From an uncultured Acidobacteriota bacterium (GTDB lineage: Bacteria > Acidobacteriota > Thermoanaerobaculia > Gp7-AA8): DNA of 64,000 nt. The DNA lies in assembly GCA_963822445.1 (NCBI GenBank), contig CAWGHO010000001.1:1440001-1504000 (forward strand). The letters are read 5' to 3'. Shown in pieces: positions 10,520 through 20,180 of this stretch. A program made the position numbers and the translations under genes. Positions within the stretch are counted from its first letter, which is position 1; every line of letters begins with the position of its first letter. Under the pieces are notes generated by a model. The model saw only the letters and a list, made by a program, of their open reading frames with translations. It searched no databases and was not told the origin of the DNA.

Positions 10520-11067
10520 GGCACGCTCCCGGCCGGCTTCACCCGCGTCTCGCGCCAGCGCGTCGACACTTCCCAGGGAATGACGTACATCAGCCAGCCG
10601 CGCATCAGATCGGCCTTCACCCGCACTTTCAATTTGTGCGGCTTGCGCTTGCCGATCTCGAAGAGGTCCGGCTCTTCGATCGCCGTCATCCGGCGCACGA
10701 GCGCCGCGAGATCGGTGAAGGTCTCGGAGCGGACCAGATGCTTGTCGCGGCGGTAGTTCAGCAGGTACTCGCGGGTGAGCGAGTTGAACGTGCAGATGAC
10801 TTCGACCCGGGAGCTGTCGACGCCCGAGTCGAACCAGTTCGGCCGGTCGCGAAAGATCTCCACGACGTAGGTGAAACTGGTGGGCAGTCCGCTCTGGAGC
10901 GCCTGGACCAGCTCGCCGTTCTTGAACGCGCCTTCGAGGGTGAACCAGACCGAAACCTTCCCGCTCGCTTCAGTCGCTCCGAGATTCCTGATCTCAGGGT
11001 TCGGCGGTTTCTCCGCCATCGCTGGAAACGCCAGCAATAGAGAGAGGATGAGCGGGAGCCGCGACAC
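10516..11067 (-). CDS. DUF4390 family periplasmic protein
   Basis: Signal peptide, R..WFD and FNSLTREY motifs; usual position upstream of ntrYX. Confidence 0.8.
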   Translation of the reverse strand: MSRLPLILSLLLAFPAMAEKPPNPEIRNLGATEASGKVSVWFTLEGAFKNGELVQALQSGLPTSFTYVVEIFRDRPNWFDSGVDSSRVEVICTFNSLTREYLLNYRRDKHLVRSETFTDLAALVRRMTAIEEPDLFEIGKRKPHKLKVRVKADLMRGWLMYVIPWEVSTRWRETRVKPAGSVP

Positions 11068-11108
11068 GGTGTGGCTTTTTTACCACAGTGGCGGGTGAAA
11101 CGGCGATT

Positions 11109-11996
11109 TCAGGCGAAGGAAGTCTCGATGCCCTGCCCGAACGCGATCCCTGCCTCTTCCCGCTGCGTCGCCGTCGCGCGGAGCAGCTTGGCCACGAACG
11201 CCGAGTGCATGGCGTGGCCGGCGCGATGGGCGGTGATCTCGCCGGCGATCGGCGCGCCAACCAGGGCCAGATCGCCGATCAGGTCGAGGATCTTGTGACG
11301 GACGAATTCGTCCTTGAAGCGCAGAGGACCGTTCATCACGCCGCGGTCGTCGAGGACGATCGCGTTCTCGACCGATCCGCCGCGGGCCAGGCCGGCCGCG
11401 CGGAGCTTCTCGACGTCGCGCATGAAGCCGAAGGTGCGGGCCGGGGCGATCTTTTTGAGGAAGTTGTCGTGGCCGAAATCGAACTGCATCGACTGCCGGC
11501 CGATGACCGGATGATCGAAATCGATGCGGTATTTGATGATCAGACGGTTGGAGGGAACGATGCGGATGCTCTTTTCGCCTTCGATAATCTCGACCGGCTC
11601 GCGAAGACGCAGGACGGGGATCTCGGTGCCGAGGTCGCGGACGCCGGCGGCGTCGATGAGGTGCATGAAGGGAAGGGCGCTGCCGTCGATGATCGGGACT
11701 TCCGGGCCATCGATGCGGATGTCGACGTCGGTGATGCCGCAGGCCATGATCGCGGCGAGTAGATGCTCGACCGTGCCGACCTGCACGTCGTCTTTGCCGA
11801 CGGTGGTGGCGTGATCGAGGGCGGTCGTCGACGCCTGCAGCGCCGGGATGCGCAGACCGTCGAGGTCCGCGCGGACGAAGGTGATGCCGGTGCCCGCGGG
11901 AACGGGGTGAAGCTCGACGGTGGTGTAGATGCCTGAATGGAGACCGATGCCGGTGATGCTGACGTCGGTGTTGATGGTTCTGCGTTGAACGAACAT
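11109..11996 (-). CDS. lpxC: UDP-3-O-acyl-GlcNAc deacetylase LpxC
   Basis: GIGLHSG, TVEHLLAA, ARTFGF, RHKILDLIGD, AGHAMH. Confidence 0.97.
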   Translation of the reverse strand: MFVQRRTINTDVSITGIGLHSGIYTTVELHPVPAGTGITFVRADLDGLRIPALQASTTALDHATTVGKDDVQVGTVEHLLAAIMACGITDVDIRIDGPEVPIIDGSALPFMHLIDAAGVRDLGTEIPVLRLREPVEIIEGEKSIRIVPSNRLIIKYRIDFDHPVIGRQSMQFDFGHDNFLKKIAPARTFGFMRDVEKLRAAGLARGGSVENAIVLDDRGVMNGPLRFKDEFVRHKILDLIGDLALVGAPIAGEITAHRAGHAMHSAFVAKLLRATATQREEAGIAFGQGIETSFA

Positions 11997-12010
11997 GCGG
12001 TCAGGCGTAG

Positions 12011-12026
12011 AGCGAGGCCAGTGCCA
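12011..12026 (-). promoter_or_regulatory. sigma54 promoter of lpxC
   Basis: Minus strand TGGCACTGGCCTCGCT, GG-N10-GC; predicted +1 about 4 nt before the ATG. Confidence 0.6.
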
Positions 12027-12133
12027 CGGAGACCTCTTGACCGCGAATCACACCTAAGCCTCGCACTTGCCGCGTTTAAGTGATTCCGAGCGACGCGCTG
12101 GAAGCATCACTTCTGTCGCCTCTCCAGGTCACG

Positions 12134-12155
12134 ACTGTGGTTGGGGAACCACAGT
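12134..12155. promoter_or_regulatory. Palindromic candidate enhancer (UAS) upstream of the lpxC sigma54 promoter
   Basis: Perfect inverted repeat ACTGTGGTT-gggg-AACCACAGT, about 110-130 bp upstream of the -24 box. Confidence 0.45.
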
Positions 12156-12158
12156 GCG

Positions 12159-12251
12159 AGTCGTTAGTGATTAGTCGTTAGTGATTAGTAGACCGAAACC
12201 GGAGCCTGTGCCTCGGTTCTACTAACGACTAATCACTAACGACTAACGACT
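12159..12251. repeat. Fold-back element of heptamers AGT(CG/GA)TT
   Basis: AGTCGTT AGTGATT AGTCGTT AGTGATT AGTAGA ... TCTACT AACGACT AATCACT AACGACT AACGACT; overlaps the smpB stop. Confidence 0.9.
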
Positions 12252-12713
12252 GCCTTTCATCGCCTGCGCGGCCTCGCGATCGGCCTCGCGAGTGCGCTCG
12301 GTCTCGCGCTTGTCGTACTGCTTCTTCCCGCGAACGATGGCGACCTCGGTCTTGACCCGGCTGCCCTTGAAGTAGAGACGCAGGGGAACGACGCTCAGCC
12401 CCTTCTCGACGGTCTGCACGCGCAGCTTCTCGATCTCGTTCTTGTGCAGGAGCAGCTTCCGGAGCCGCTCCGGCTCGTGATTCTGGAGATTGCCGTGCGA
12501 GTAGGGAGAGATGTGCGCCCCGAAGAGGAAGGCCTCGCCGTCCTTGAAGATCACGTAGGCGTCCTTCAGGTTGGCTTTCCCGTCACGCAGGGCCTTGACC
12601 TCGGTCCCGGTGAGCATGAGCCCGGCCTCGAACTTCTGCACGATGAAGTAGTCGTGCAGCGCTTTCTTGTTCGAAGCAATGAGTTTCTCGCCCGAATCGG
12701 GCTTGGCGGCCAT
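12243..12713 (-). CDS. smpB: SsrA-binding protein SmpB
   Basis: NKKALHDY, EAGLMLTGTEVK, RKLLLHK, GKKQYDKRE. Confidence 0.98.
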   Translation of the reverse strand: MAAKPDSGEKLIASNKKALHDYFIVQKFEAGLMLTGTEVKALRDGKANLKDAYVIFKDGEAFLFGAHISPYSHGNLQNHEPERLRKLLLHKNEIEKLRVQTVEKGLSVVPLRLYFKGSRVKTEVAIVRGKKQYDKRETERTREADREAAQAMKGSR

Positions 12714-12725
12714 GGGCGGGCGATT

Positions 12726-13115
12726 CTAGTCGATGTACTCGATGCGGGCGGCGTGGCCGGAGGAGTTGGCGAGGCGGCGGTCGCGGGTGAGGAGGGGGAT
12801 CTGGAGCCGCTCGGCAAGCGCCACGTAGCTTGCGTCGTAGGCAGTGACGTTCTTGCGCAACTCCCAGATGCGATTGAGGAGCAGGACGTGACTGAAACGC
12901 TCAATGTGAAACGACGCGTAGATTGCCACGGCCTCGCGCAGATCCGCTTCGCTTGCTCGCGCTTGCACCGCAGAGTTCCGAAGACTGTGTAATACCTCGA
13001 GGTCGATCAGGTGGGGCGCGACGGCCTCTCCACTCACGAGTACACCGAGGAGTTCACGGGTGCCGAGACCGAGCAACGCGTGGATCACGGCCGACGAATC
13101 AACGACGACCGACAT
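12726..13115 (-). CDS. vapC: VapC PIN-domain toxin
   Basis: VVVDSS, APHLIDLEV, TAYDASYVALAE, LLTRDRRL. Confidence 0.9.
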   Translation of the reverse strand: MSVVVDSSAVIHALLGLGTRELLGVLVSGEAVAPHLIDLEVLHSLRNSAVQARASEADLREAVAIYASFHIERFSHVLLLNRIWELRKNVTAYDASYVALAERLQIPLLTRDRRLANSSGHAARIEYID

Positions 13116-13374
13116 CCTTCAGCCAACTCTCCATCTCCGTTTCGCGCTCCTCGCGGCCTTGTCGAATCAACTCCGCCGCGTCAAGACCGGCAAACAGCGG
13201 CGCACGCCGCGCCATCCGCTCGATCAACTCTTTCTTGGTGAAACGCGGCCTCGTCTTTTCCCACTCCTGGTACAGGTAGTCCGGAAGCGACAACCCTGCC
13301 TCGGCAGCGCGCGCCTTGAGGGTCTCGTATGTTTCCTGCCGCTCGTTCGCGATCGGAGCGATCTTGCTGCTCAT
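13099..13374 (-). CDS. Antitoxin (FitA/VapB-like RHH)
   Basis: YETLKARAAEAGLSLPDYL; C-terminal AELIRQGREER; overlaps the vapC start; TTGACA-N17-CAACGT promoter upstream. Confidence 0.75.
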   Translation of the reverse strand: MSSKIAPIANERQETYETLKARAAEAGLSLPDYLYQEWEKTRPRFTKKELIERMARRAPLFAGLDAAELIRQGREERETEMESWLKDVGRR

Positions 13375-13466
13375 GACGCATACGTTGAACCTCCCGCACC
13401 GCGCTGTCAAATCCCCTTCTGCTATCATCCGCGCCCGATTTTCTTCTGTAGAGGAGCTTCCCCCTC

Positions 13467-14525
13467 ATGACTAAAAAGAACATCGTGCACGTGGTCGGCA
13501 CGGGCACTATCGGTGAGCCTCTGATCGGGCTCTTCACCGACTTCAAGGACAAGTGGGACATCGACGAGGTCACGTTCCACAAGCGCACGCCGGCCGCCAC
13601 GGATCGCGCGATGGTCGAGCATCTGATCAACCGCGGGGGCAAGCTCGTCGCGGATGAAGGGGCGCGCGACGAGTTCGCGCGGCTCGGTCATCGGGTCGCA
13701 TTCACGACCGAAGAGGCGTTGGAGCGGGCCACGGTCGTCGTCGATTGCACGCCGGCCGGCCTCGACAACAAGGCCAAGTACTACGACCACATCAAAGGGC
13801 CGAAGGGCTACCTGGCCCAGGGCTCGGAGTTCGGCTTCGGCAAGCCGTACGCGCGCGGCATCAACGACGAAGTGCAGAACCCCGACGACCGGTTTGTGCA
13901 GATCGTCTCCTGCAACACCCACAACATCTCCGTGCTCCTCAAGACCCTGGCCTCGGTCGACGGCAAGATCAGCCTCGTCGCCGGCCGTTTCGTCTGCATG
14001 CGCCGGGCGAATGACGTCAGCGACACGAAGTCGTACATCGCCGCACCGGAAGCAGGGAAGCACGACGATCCCGAATTCGGCACGCACCACGCCCGCGACG
14101 CCTACCACGTCTTCCAGACCCTCGGCGAAAAGCTCAATCTGTTCTCGTCGGCGATCAAGCTCCCGACGCAGTACATGCACACCCTCTGGTTCGATCTCGA
14201 GCTGAAGCACGACACGACCCTCGAAGAGACCAAAGCCGCGCTGCGCAACAATCCGCGCGTGGCCTGCACGGCCAAGCGGGCCGTGAACCAGATCTTCTCC
14301 TTCGGCCGCGATCACGGCTATTTCGGCCGAATCCTTTCCCAGACCGTCGTGCCGATGTCGACGATCAGCGTGCCGTCGCCGCGCAAGATCGTCGGCTTCT
14401 GCTACACCCCGCAGGACGGCAACTCGCTGCTCTCGTCGATCGCGGCGACGCTGCGTTACCTCGACGCTTCGAAGCTCGACGAGCGCCTCGACGTGCTGCG
14501 TCCCTACATTTTCCGGGAGATCTAG
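13467..14525 (+). CDS. Divergent archaeal-type (class II) GAPDH-like NAD(P)-dependent dehydrogenase
   Basis: VVGTGTIG Rossmann motif, catalytic IVSCNT, RRAND, GTHHARD, PTQYMH matching the class II GAPDH layout. Confidence 0.7.
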   Translation: MTKKNIVHVVGTGTIGEPLIGLFTDFKDKWDIDEVTFHKRTPAATDRAMVEHLINRGGKLVADEGARDEFARLGHRVAFTTEEALERATVVVDCTPAGLDNKAKYYDHIKGPKGYLAQGSEFGFGKPYARGINDEVQNPDDRFVQIVSCNTHNISVLLKTLASVDGKISLVAGRFVCMRRANDVSDTKSYIAAPEAGKHDDPEFGTHHARDAYHVFQTLGEKLNLFSSAIKLPTQYMHTLWFDLELKHDTTLEETKAALRNNPRVACTAKRAVNQIFSFGRDHGYFGRILSQTVVPMSTISVPSPRKIVGFCYTPQDGNSLLSSIAATLRYLDASKLDERLDVLRPYIFREI

Positions 14526-14528
14526 CCG

Positions 14529-14972
14529 TTGCCCGCGGTCAGGGCCGACATCGCGCGCCGCGTCATCGTGTATGTCGCGGCGCTCGTCTTTGCGGCGGCG
14601 TTGATCAAGCGCTTCCACTGGCTGGGCGGTCCGTACTTCGACTTTTTTCCGGAGACGATTCAGGATCACGTCTGGCCGGCGCGCTTTTTCAGCGCCGATG
14701 CGATCGTGCTGAGCCGCCGCGCCGAGCCGCTCCTTCCCCGTGGCGCGACGGTGACGATCCTCGCGCCCTCGGAAGCGCCGGATTACGACCAAACCCACTG
14801 GCTCACCGGCCTGGGCATGCTGCCGCGCAATCACCTCATGCCCCAGAAAATGACAGGACCGCCGGAGTCGCTGCCGCAGTACGTCATCGCCATCCGTGAC
14901 GAGTTCCCGCATCCGCACTACAAGCTCCACACGCGCTTCCCGGAAGGGTTTCTCTACGTGCGCACGCCATGA
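14529..14972 (+). CDS. Hypothetical membrane-anchored protein
   Basis: N-terminal TM; ATGA overlap with the next gene. Confidence 0.6.
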   Translation: MPAVRADIARRVIVYVAALVFAAALIKRFHWLGGPYFDFFPETIQDHVWPARFFSADAIVLSRRAEPLLPRGATVTILAPSEAPDYDQTHWLTGLGMLPRNHLMPQKMTGPPESLPQYVIAIRDEFPHPHYKLHTRFPEGFLYVRTP

Positions 14973-16222
14973 CCGACCTTCTCGGACTCCTGGCCTGGCT
15001 GCTCCTTCCGGCGATCGGAATCGCCATCTGGCGCGTGAGCTTCATCCGCTCGATGCCGCTGGCGGCGCGATTGGCCGTGTCGACAGCCGCGGGAGCATTG
15101 ATCGTCGCGCTGACGATGGCCGCGATGTCGCTCATCGGCATCGAATGGAGCCGGACGACGATCGGCATCGTCATGATTCTCTTCATCGCCGGCGGCAGCT
15201 ACGTTGCCTGCGGCGATCCGGCGCCGTTCGGAAAACACGTAGCCGTCCGCGCGGATCGCGTCGCGCTCGGCGGCGTCGCCGCGAGCGCGTTGCTCACGCT
15301 GTACGGCACCATCACCGCCCGCGAGAGCTGCGGCGATCTGCCGTTCACCTGGGGTCCGAAAGCGATCCGCTGGTTCCGCGCGGGCGGCATCGACCCCGGC
15401 GTCCTGCGCACCTGGCCGCAACTGACCGTCGACTACCCGCCGCTGCACACGCTGCTGCTGGCATTCACGAACACCGTGGCCTCGCATTTCCCCTGGTGGG
15501 CGGTCGTGCTCGCGTCGCCGCTCTTTTTCATCGCCACGATGGCCATCATCCGATCCTTCAGCGGCGACGACCTCGGGACGCTGCTCGTCGCGGCGACGCT
15601 GGCCTGGACCTTCTCCCATGCCTACCCCGCCGGATGCGCCGAACCGCCGCTGCTTCTTTTCGAGGCGATGACCATCGCCGCACTTACGTTCCTCGACGAC
15701 CCCCGCGCGCAGACAATGCTCGCCTCACTCGGCGCGGCCTGCGCGGTCTTCACGAAGCTCGAGGGAACCACATTCGCCATCGCCGTGGTCATCACAGTCC
15801 TCGTCGTGCAACGGAACTGGCGGCGCGCGGCAATCATCGCGGCCCCGGCCGCGGCTTTGTTCGGCGCGTGGATGGGATTCGTCTTCTGGAACGACCTCCT
15901 CTACATGTACGGCGGTGCGCGCCTGCCGATTCACTGGGCGGCGCTACCGGTCGTCCTGAAGACGCTCACGAAGGTCGCCCGCTACGAGCTGCTCTGGTTG
16001 CCGTGGATCGTTCCCGTGGTCCTGATCGCCCTCGGCAACGCCCGCCGCGCGCTCGTTCCCCTCTCCATCTGCTTCCTCACCCTCGGCGCCACGGTCTACT
16101 TCTACATCCACTATCCGGACCCCGTCTGGTGGATCGAAAGCTCCTCGCCGCGCGTCCTTTTGACGCCTCTGCTCGCGCTTCTGATCGCGGCGGTGGCTTC
16201 GTGGCGCAAGCCCGCAATTTGA
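14969..16222 (+). CDS. Multi-TM GT-C-like (ArnT/PMT-like) membrane protein
   Basis: About 11-12 TM; loop motif D...WGPKA...DYPPL; TKLEG motif. Confidence 0.6.
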   Translation: MTDLLGLLAWLLLPAIGIAIWRVSFIRSMPLAARLAVSTAAGALIVALTMAAMSLIGIEWSRTTIGIVMILFIAGGSYVACGDPAPFGKHVAVRADRVALGGVAASALLTLYGTITARESCGDLPFTWGPKAIRWFRAGGIDPGVLRTWPQLTVDYPPLHTLLLAFTNTVASHFPWWAVVLASPLFFIATMAIIRSFSGDDLGTLLVAATLAWTFSHAYPAGCAEPPLLLFEAMTIAALTFLDDPRAQTMLASLGAACAVFTKLEGTTFAIAVVITVLVVQRNWRRAAIIAAPAAALFGAWMGFVFWNDLLYMYGGARLPIHWAALPVVLKTLTKVARYELLWLPWIVPVVLIALGNARRALVPLSICFLTLGATVYFYIHYPDPVWWIESSSPRVLLTPLLALLIAAVASWRKPAI

Positions 16223-16238
16223 GCTAGAGTCGCCCGCC

Positions 16239-17084
16239 ATGGCGTGGTTCCGGAAAGAGAAGAAGCCGAAGGAAGCGGTCGAGAAGCAGACCGCCATCCC
16301 CGAAGGCCTGTGGGTCAAGTGCGATGAGTGCAAGGAGATCGTCTACCGCAAGGAAGTGGAGGCGAACTTCAACACCTGCCCGAAGTGCAGCTATCACTTC
16401 CGGCTCTCGGCGCGCGAGCGCTTCGAGATGCTCTTCGACGACAACAAGTACAAGGAATTCGCGACCGAGATCCGCTCCGGCGACCCCCTCGGATTCCGCG
16501 ACACGAAGCGCTACGCCGACCGCCTGAAGGTCTACCAGCAGCGCGTGGGAGGCGGCGACGCCGTCCTCTGCGCCGAGGGGAAGGTCGAGAACATCCCGGT
16601 CGTGATCTGCGCAATGGAGTACGCGTTCATGGGCGGGTCGATGGGCTCGGTGGTCGGCGAGAAGATCACCATCGCCATCGAGCGCGCCCTCGACAAGAAA
16701 GAGCCGGTGATCATCGTCTCCTGCTCGGGCGGCGCGCGCATGCAGGAAGGCATTCTCTCGCTGATGCAGATGGCGAAGATTTCCGCGGCCCTGGCCCGGC
16801 TCGCCGATGCCGGCCTGCCCTACATCTCCGTTCTCACCGACCCCACGACAGGCGGCGTGACGGCTTCCTACGCCATGCTCGGCGATCTCAACATCGCCGA
16901 GCCGAAGGCGCTGATCGGCTTCGCCGGCCCGCGCGTGATCGAGCAGACCATCCGCCAGACTCTGCCCGAGGGGTTTCAGACCAGCGAGTTCCTCGTCGAG
17001 CATGGGATGGTCGACCTGATCACGCCGCGCGGCGAGATGAAGCCGGCCATCGGGCGGTTCCTCCGCTTTTTCCGCGGACAGTGA
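16239..17084 (+). CDS. accD: Acetyl-CoA carboxylase carboxyltransferase beta subunit
   Basis: LWVKC..C zinc finger, FMGGSMG, SGGARMQEG, PTTGGV, FAGPRVIEQT. Confidence 0.98.
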   Translation: MAWFRKEKKPKEAVEKQTAIPEGLWVKCDECKEIVYRKEVEANFNTCPKCSYHFRLSARERFEMLFDDNKYKEFATEIRSGDPLGFRDTKRYADRLKVYQQRVGGGDAVLCAEGKVENIPVVICAMEYAFMGGSMGSVVGEKITIAIERALDKKEPVIIVSCSGGARMQEGILSLMQMAKISAALARLADAGLPYISVLTDPTTGGVTASYAMLGDLNIAEPKALIGFAGPRVIEQTIRQTLPEGFQTSEFLVEHGMVDLITPRGEMKPAIGRFLRFFRGQ

Positions 17085-18225
17085 GGCCGCTGGACTGGCT
17101 CGACTCACTGCAAGGCAGCGGCATCCGTCCCGGCCTCGGCCGGATGCGCGTGCTCCTGAAATGCCTCGGCAATCCCCACAAAAAGTATCCGTCGGTCATC
17201 GTCGCCGGGACCAACGGCAAGGGATCGGTTTCGGCGATGCTCACCTCGATCTTCAACGAGGCGGGAATCCGGACCGCGCACTACACCTCGCCGCATCTCG
17301 TCGACATCCGCGAACGCTGGACGATCGGCGGCGAGATGATCGATGCGTCGCTGCTCGACGAGTGCATCGAGGAACTGCGCGCCGCGAGCCGGAGATCCTG
17401 CCCACGTACTTTGAAGCGCTGACGCTGCTCGCGTTTCTCGCGTTCGCCGGGAGATGCGAGATGGCCGTACTCGAAGTGGGAATGGGAGGGCGCCTGGACG
17501 CGACGAATGTCGTGCGGCCGCTCGCCTCGGTCATCACCCCCGTCGCTTTCGATCACATGGAGTACCTCGGCGACACGATCCGGAAGATCGCCGCGGAAAA
17601 AGCCGGCGTCATTCATCGCGGGGCGATCGTGCTCACCTCCAGCGACGATCCGGAAGTACTCGCCGTTATCCGCAAACGGGCGGAGAAATTCGGCAATCCC
17701 TTCATTCATGTGACCGAAGAACACTCCACGCCGCTCGAAGGCGCGTTTCAGCGGCGCAATGCGGGGCTCGCGGTGCGCGCCGCGCGGGAGCTGAAGATCG
17801 CCGAGGATGCGATTCAGCGCGGGATCGCGAACACACGCTGGCGCGGACGGCTCGAGCGGACGGATGTGATGGACAAGACCATCTGGATCGACGGCGGCCA
17901 CAACGCGCATGCCGCGCTTGCGATCGCGCCGTTCATCGAATCCAGCGTTCCGAGACCGCGGACGCTCGTCTTCGGGATCATGAGCGACAAGGACGTCGAC
18001 GCGGTGAAGGAGACGCTCTTTCCGCTCTTCGACCGCATCATCACCACCGAGCCCTATCCGCCGCGCTCGATGCCCGCGGAGGAGCTCGGCGGGATTCCCA
18101 TTTCCCAACCGGACCAGGCCTTCCAGGCCGCGCTCGATTCGCCGGAGCCTTCCATCGTCGTCGCCGGATCGCTTTACCTCGCGGGCGCCGCGCTTGCCTT
18201 TTTCGATAAGATCCGCGACCTATGA
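17081..18225 (+). pseudogene. folC: Folylpolyglutamate/dihydrofolate synthase, frameshifted as sequenced (near 17390; probably a sequence error)
   Basis: Frame 1: GTNGKGS, YTSPHL..RER; frame 2: PTYFE, LEVGMGGRLDATNV, DGGHN, GSLYL. Confidence 0.9.
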
Positions 18226-19487
18226 CGCAGGCTGCAACCGGACGAGACTTTCTTCACCGCGAGATGTCCGCCGTCGATCCCGAGATCGCCGACGCCATCG
18301 CGCTCGAAACGACGCGACAGAACGACACCCTCGAGCTGATCGCCTCCGAAAACCACGTGTCCCACGCCGTGCTCACGGCCATGGGCTCGGTCTTCACGAA
18401 CAAGTACGCGGAAGGCTATCCGGGCAAGCGCTACTACGGCGGCTGCGGCCCGACGGACATCGTCGAGAACATCGCCATCGCCCGCGCGAAGGAGCTCTTC
18501 GGCGCGGAGCACGCGAACGTGCAGCCGCACTCCGGATCGCAAGCCAATCAGTCGGTCTACTTCGCCATGCTCAAGCCCGGCGACACGATCATGGGCATGG
18601 ACCTCTCGCACGGCGGCCATCTCACCCACGGCCACCCGCTCTCGTACAGCGGCCGCGATTTCAAAGTCGTCGCGTACGGCGTGCGCAAGGACGATGAGCT
18701 GATCGATTACGACGAAATGGAGCGGATCGCCGAGGAGAACAAGCCGCGGATGATCATCTGCGGGGCTTCGGCGTACTCGCGGGTCATCGACTTCAAGCGC
18801 ATCCGCGAGATCGCGGACAAAGTCGGCGCGCTGATGATGGCCGACATCGCCCACATCGCGGGGCTGGTCGTCACCGGCCACCATCCTTCGCCCGTTCCGT
18901 ACGCGGACTTCGTCACCACGACCACGCACAAGACCTTGCGCGGACCGCGCGCCGGGCTGGTGCTCTGCAAGGAAAAGCACGCCAAGGACCTCGATCGCGC
19001 GCTGTTCCCCGGCATTCAGGGCGGCCCGCTCGTGCACATCGTCGCGGCCAAAGCGATCGCCTTCAAGGAAGCGCTCTCGCCCGAGTTCAAGGAGTACCAG
19101 GGGCAGATCATCAAGAACGCGAAGGTCCTTTCCGACGGCGTCGCGGCGGGCGGATTCCGCATCGTCTCCGGCGGCACCGACAACCATCTGTTCATGACCG
19201 ACGTCTTCGTCAAAGGCATCACCGGCAAAGACGGACAAAACATCCTCGAGGCGGCCAACATCACCGTGAACAAAAACACCATCCCCTTCGATCAGAACAA
19301 ACCAATGGTCGCGTCGGGCCTGCGCATCGGCTCCCCCGCGGTCACCACGCGCGGCATGCGCGAGGCCGAGATGAAAACCATCGCCAACCTCATCGCCCGC
19401 GTCCTCGACGCGAAAGGCGACGCCGTCGTGACCGCGCAGGTGAAGAAGGAAGTGAAAGAGTTGTGTGACCGGTTCCCGATTTACTGA
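18222..19487 (+). CDS. glyA: Serine hydroxymethyltransferase
   Basis: [40 protein letters not shown]. Confidence 0.98.
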   Translation: MTQAATGRDFLHREMSAVDPEIADAIALETTRQNDTLELIASENHVSHAVLTAMGSVFTNKYAEGYPGKRYYGGCGPTDIVENIAIARAKELFGAEHANVQPHSGSQANQSVYFAMLKPGDTIMGMDLSHGGHLTHGHPLSYSGRDFKVVAYGVRKDDELIDYDEMERIAEENKPRMIICGASAYSRVIDFKRIREIADKVGALMMADIAHIAGLVVTGHHPSPVPYADFVTTTTHKTLRGPRAGLVLCKEKHAKDLDRALFPGIQGGPLVHIVAAKAIAFKEALSPEFKEYQGQIIKNAKVLSDGVAAGGFRIVSGGTDNHLFMTDVFVKGITGKDGQNILEAANITVNKNTIPFDQNKPMVASGLRIGSPAVTTRGMREAEMKTIANLIARVLDAKGDAVVTAQVKKEVKELCDRFPIY

Positions 19488-19490
19488 GCC

Positions 19491-20171
19491 GTGAAACGCT
19501 TCCCCTACTATCCGATCTACATCGACATCGAAGACCGCGACGTCGTGATCATCGGCGGCGGCAACGTCTGCGCGCGCAAGGCCGAGACGATGATGAAGTA
19601 CGGCGCGCGGGTCACGATCGTGTCGCCTGAATTCACCGACGAGATCGAGGGCTGGGCGCGCGACGGTCAGCTCGCTCTCAAACGAAAGACGTACGACGAG
19701 AGCGACCTTGAAGGCGCGGTGCTGGTCATCGCTTCGACCGACCATCAGAGCGTGAACGAGCAGGTCGCCGCCGACTGCCGCCGCCGCAAGATCCCGGTGA
19801 ACGTCGTCGACGTCACGCCGCTCTGCGAGTTCATCGTCCCGGCCATCATCGAAAAGGGCTCCATCCAGATCGCCATCTCCACCGGCGGCAAGTCGCCGGC
19901 GATCGCCCGGACTCTGAAGGAAGACCTGCAGCGCTCGATCGGTCCCGAGTACGCGGAGATCAACGACGTCCTGGCCACGCTCCGCGACGGCGCTAAGGCC
20001 GTTCTGCCGACGGACGTCGATCGCAAACGCTTCTTCGACGGGATCATCGCCCGGGGCGTGCTGGAAATGCTTCGCGAAGGGCGGCGGGAAGAAGCGTACG
20101 AGACGATCGCCGCGGCCTGCCGCGAGGCAGGAGTAGCCCTGAGCGACGCCGTGCGCAAAGCCGTCCCATAG
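19491..20171 (+). CDS. Precorrin-2 dehydrogenase/sirohydrochlorin ferrochelatase (CysG N-terminal/SirC)
   Basis: IIGGGNVCARK, VNVVD..LCEF..P, ISTGGKSP. Confidence 0.92.
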   Translation: MKRFPYYPIYIDIEDRDVVIIGGGNVCARKAETMMKYGARVTIVSPEFTDEIEGWARDGQLALKRKTYDESDLEGAVLVIASTDHQSVNEQVAADCRRRKIPVNVVDVTPLCEFIVPAIIEKGSIQIAISTGGKSPAIARTLKEDLQRSIGPEYAEINDVLATLRDGAKAVLPTDVDRKRFFDGIIARGVLEMLREGRREEAYETIAAACREAGVALSDAVRKAVP

Positions 20172-20180
20172 AATCCGCCG

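Noticed and set aside
17380-17400. folC frameshift as programmed frameshifting or a true pseudogene
   Set aside because: No slippery heptamer is visible, both halves are well conserved, and folC is normally essential. The pilT indels suggest the assembly contains errors.
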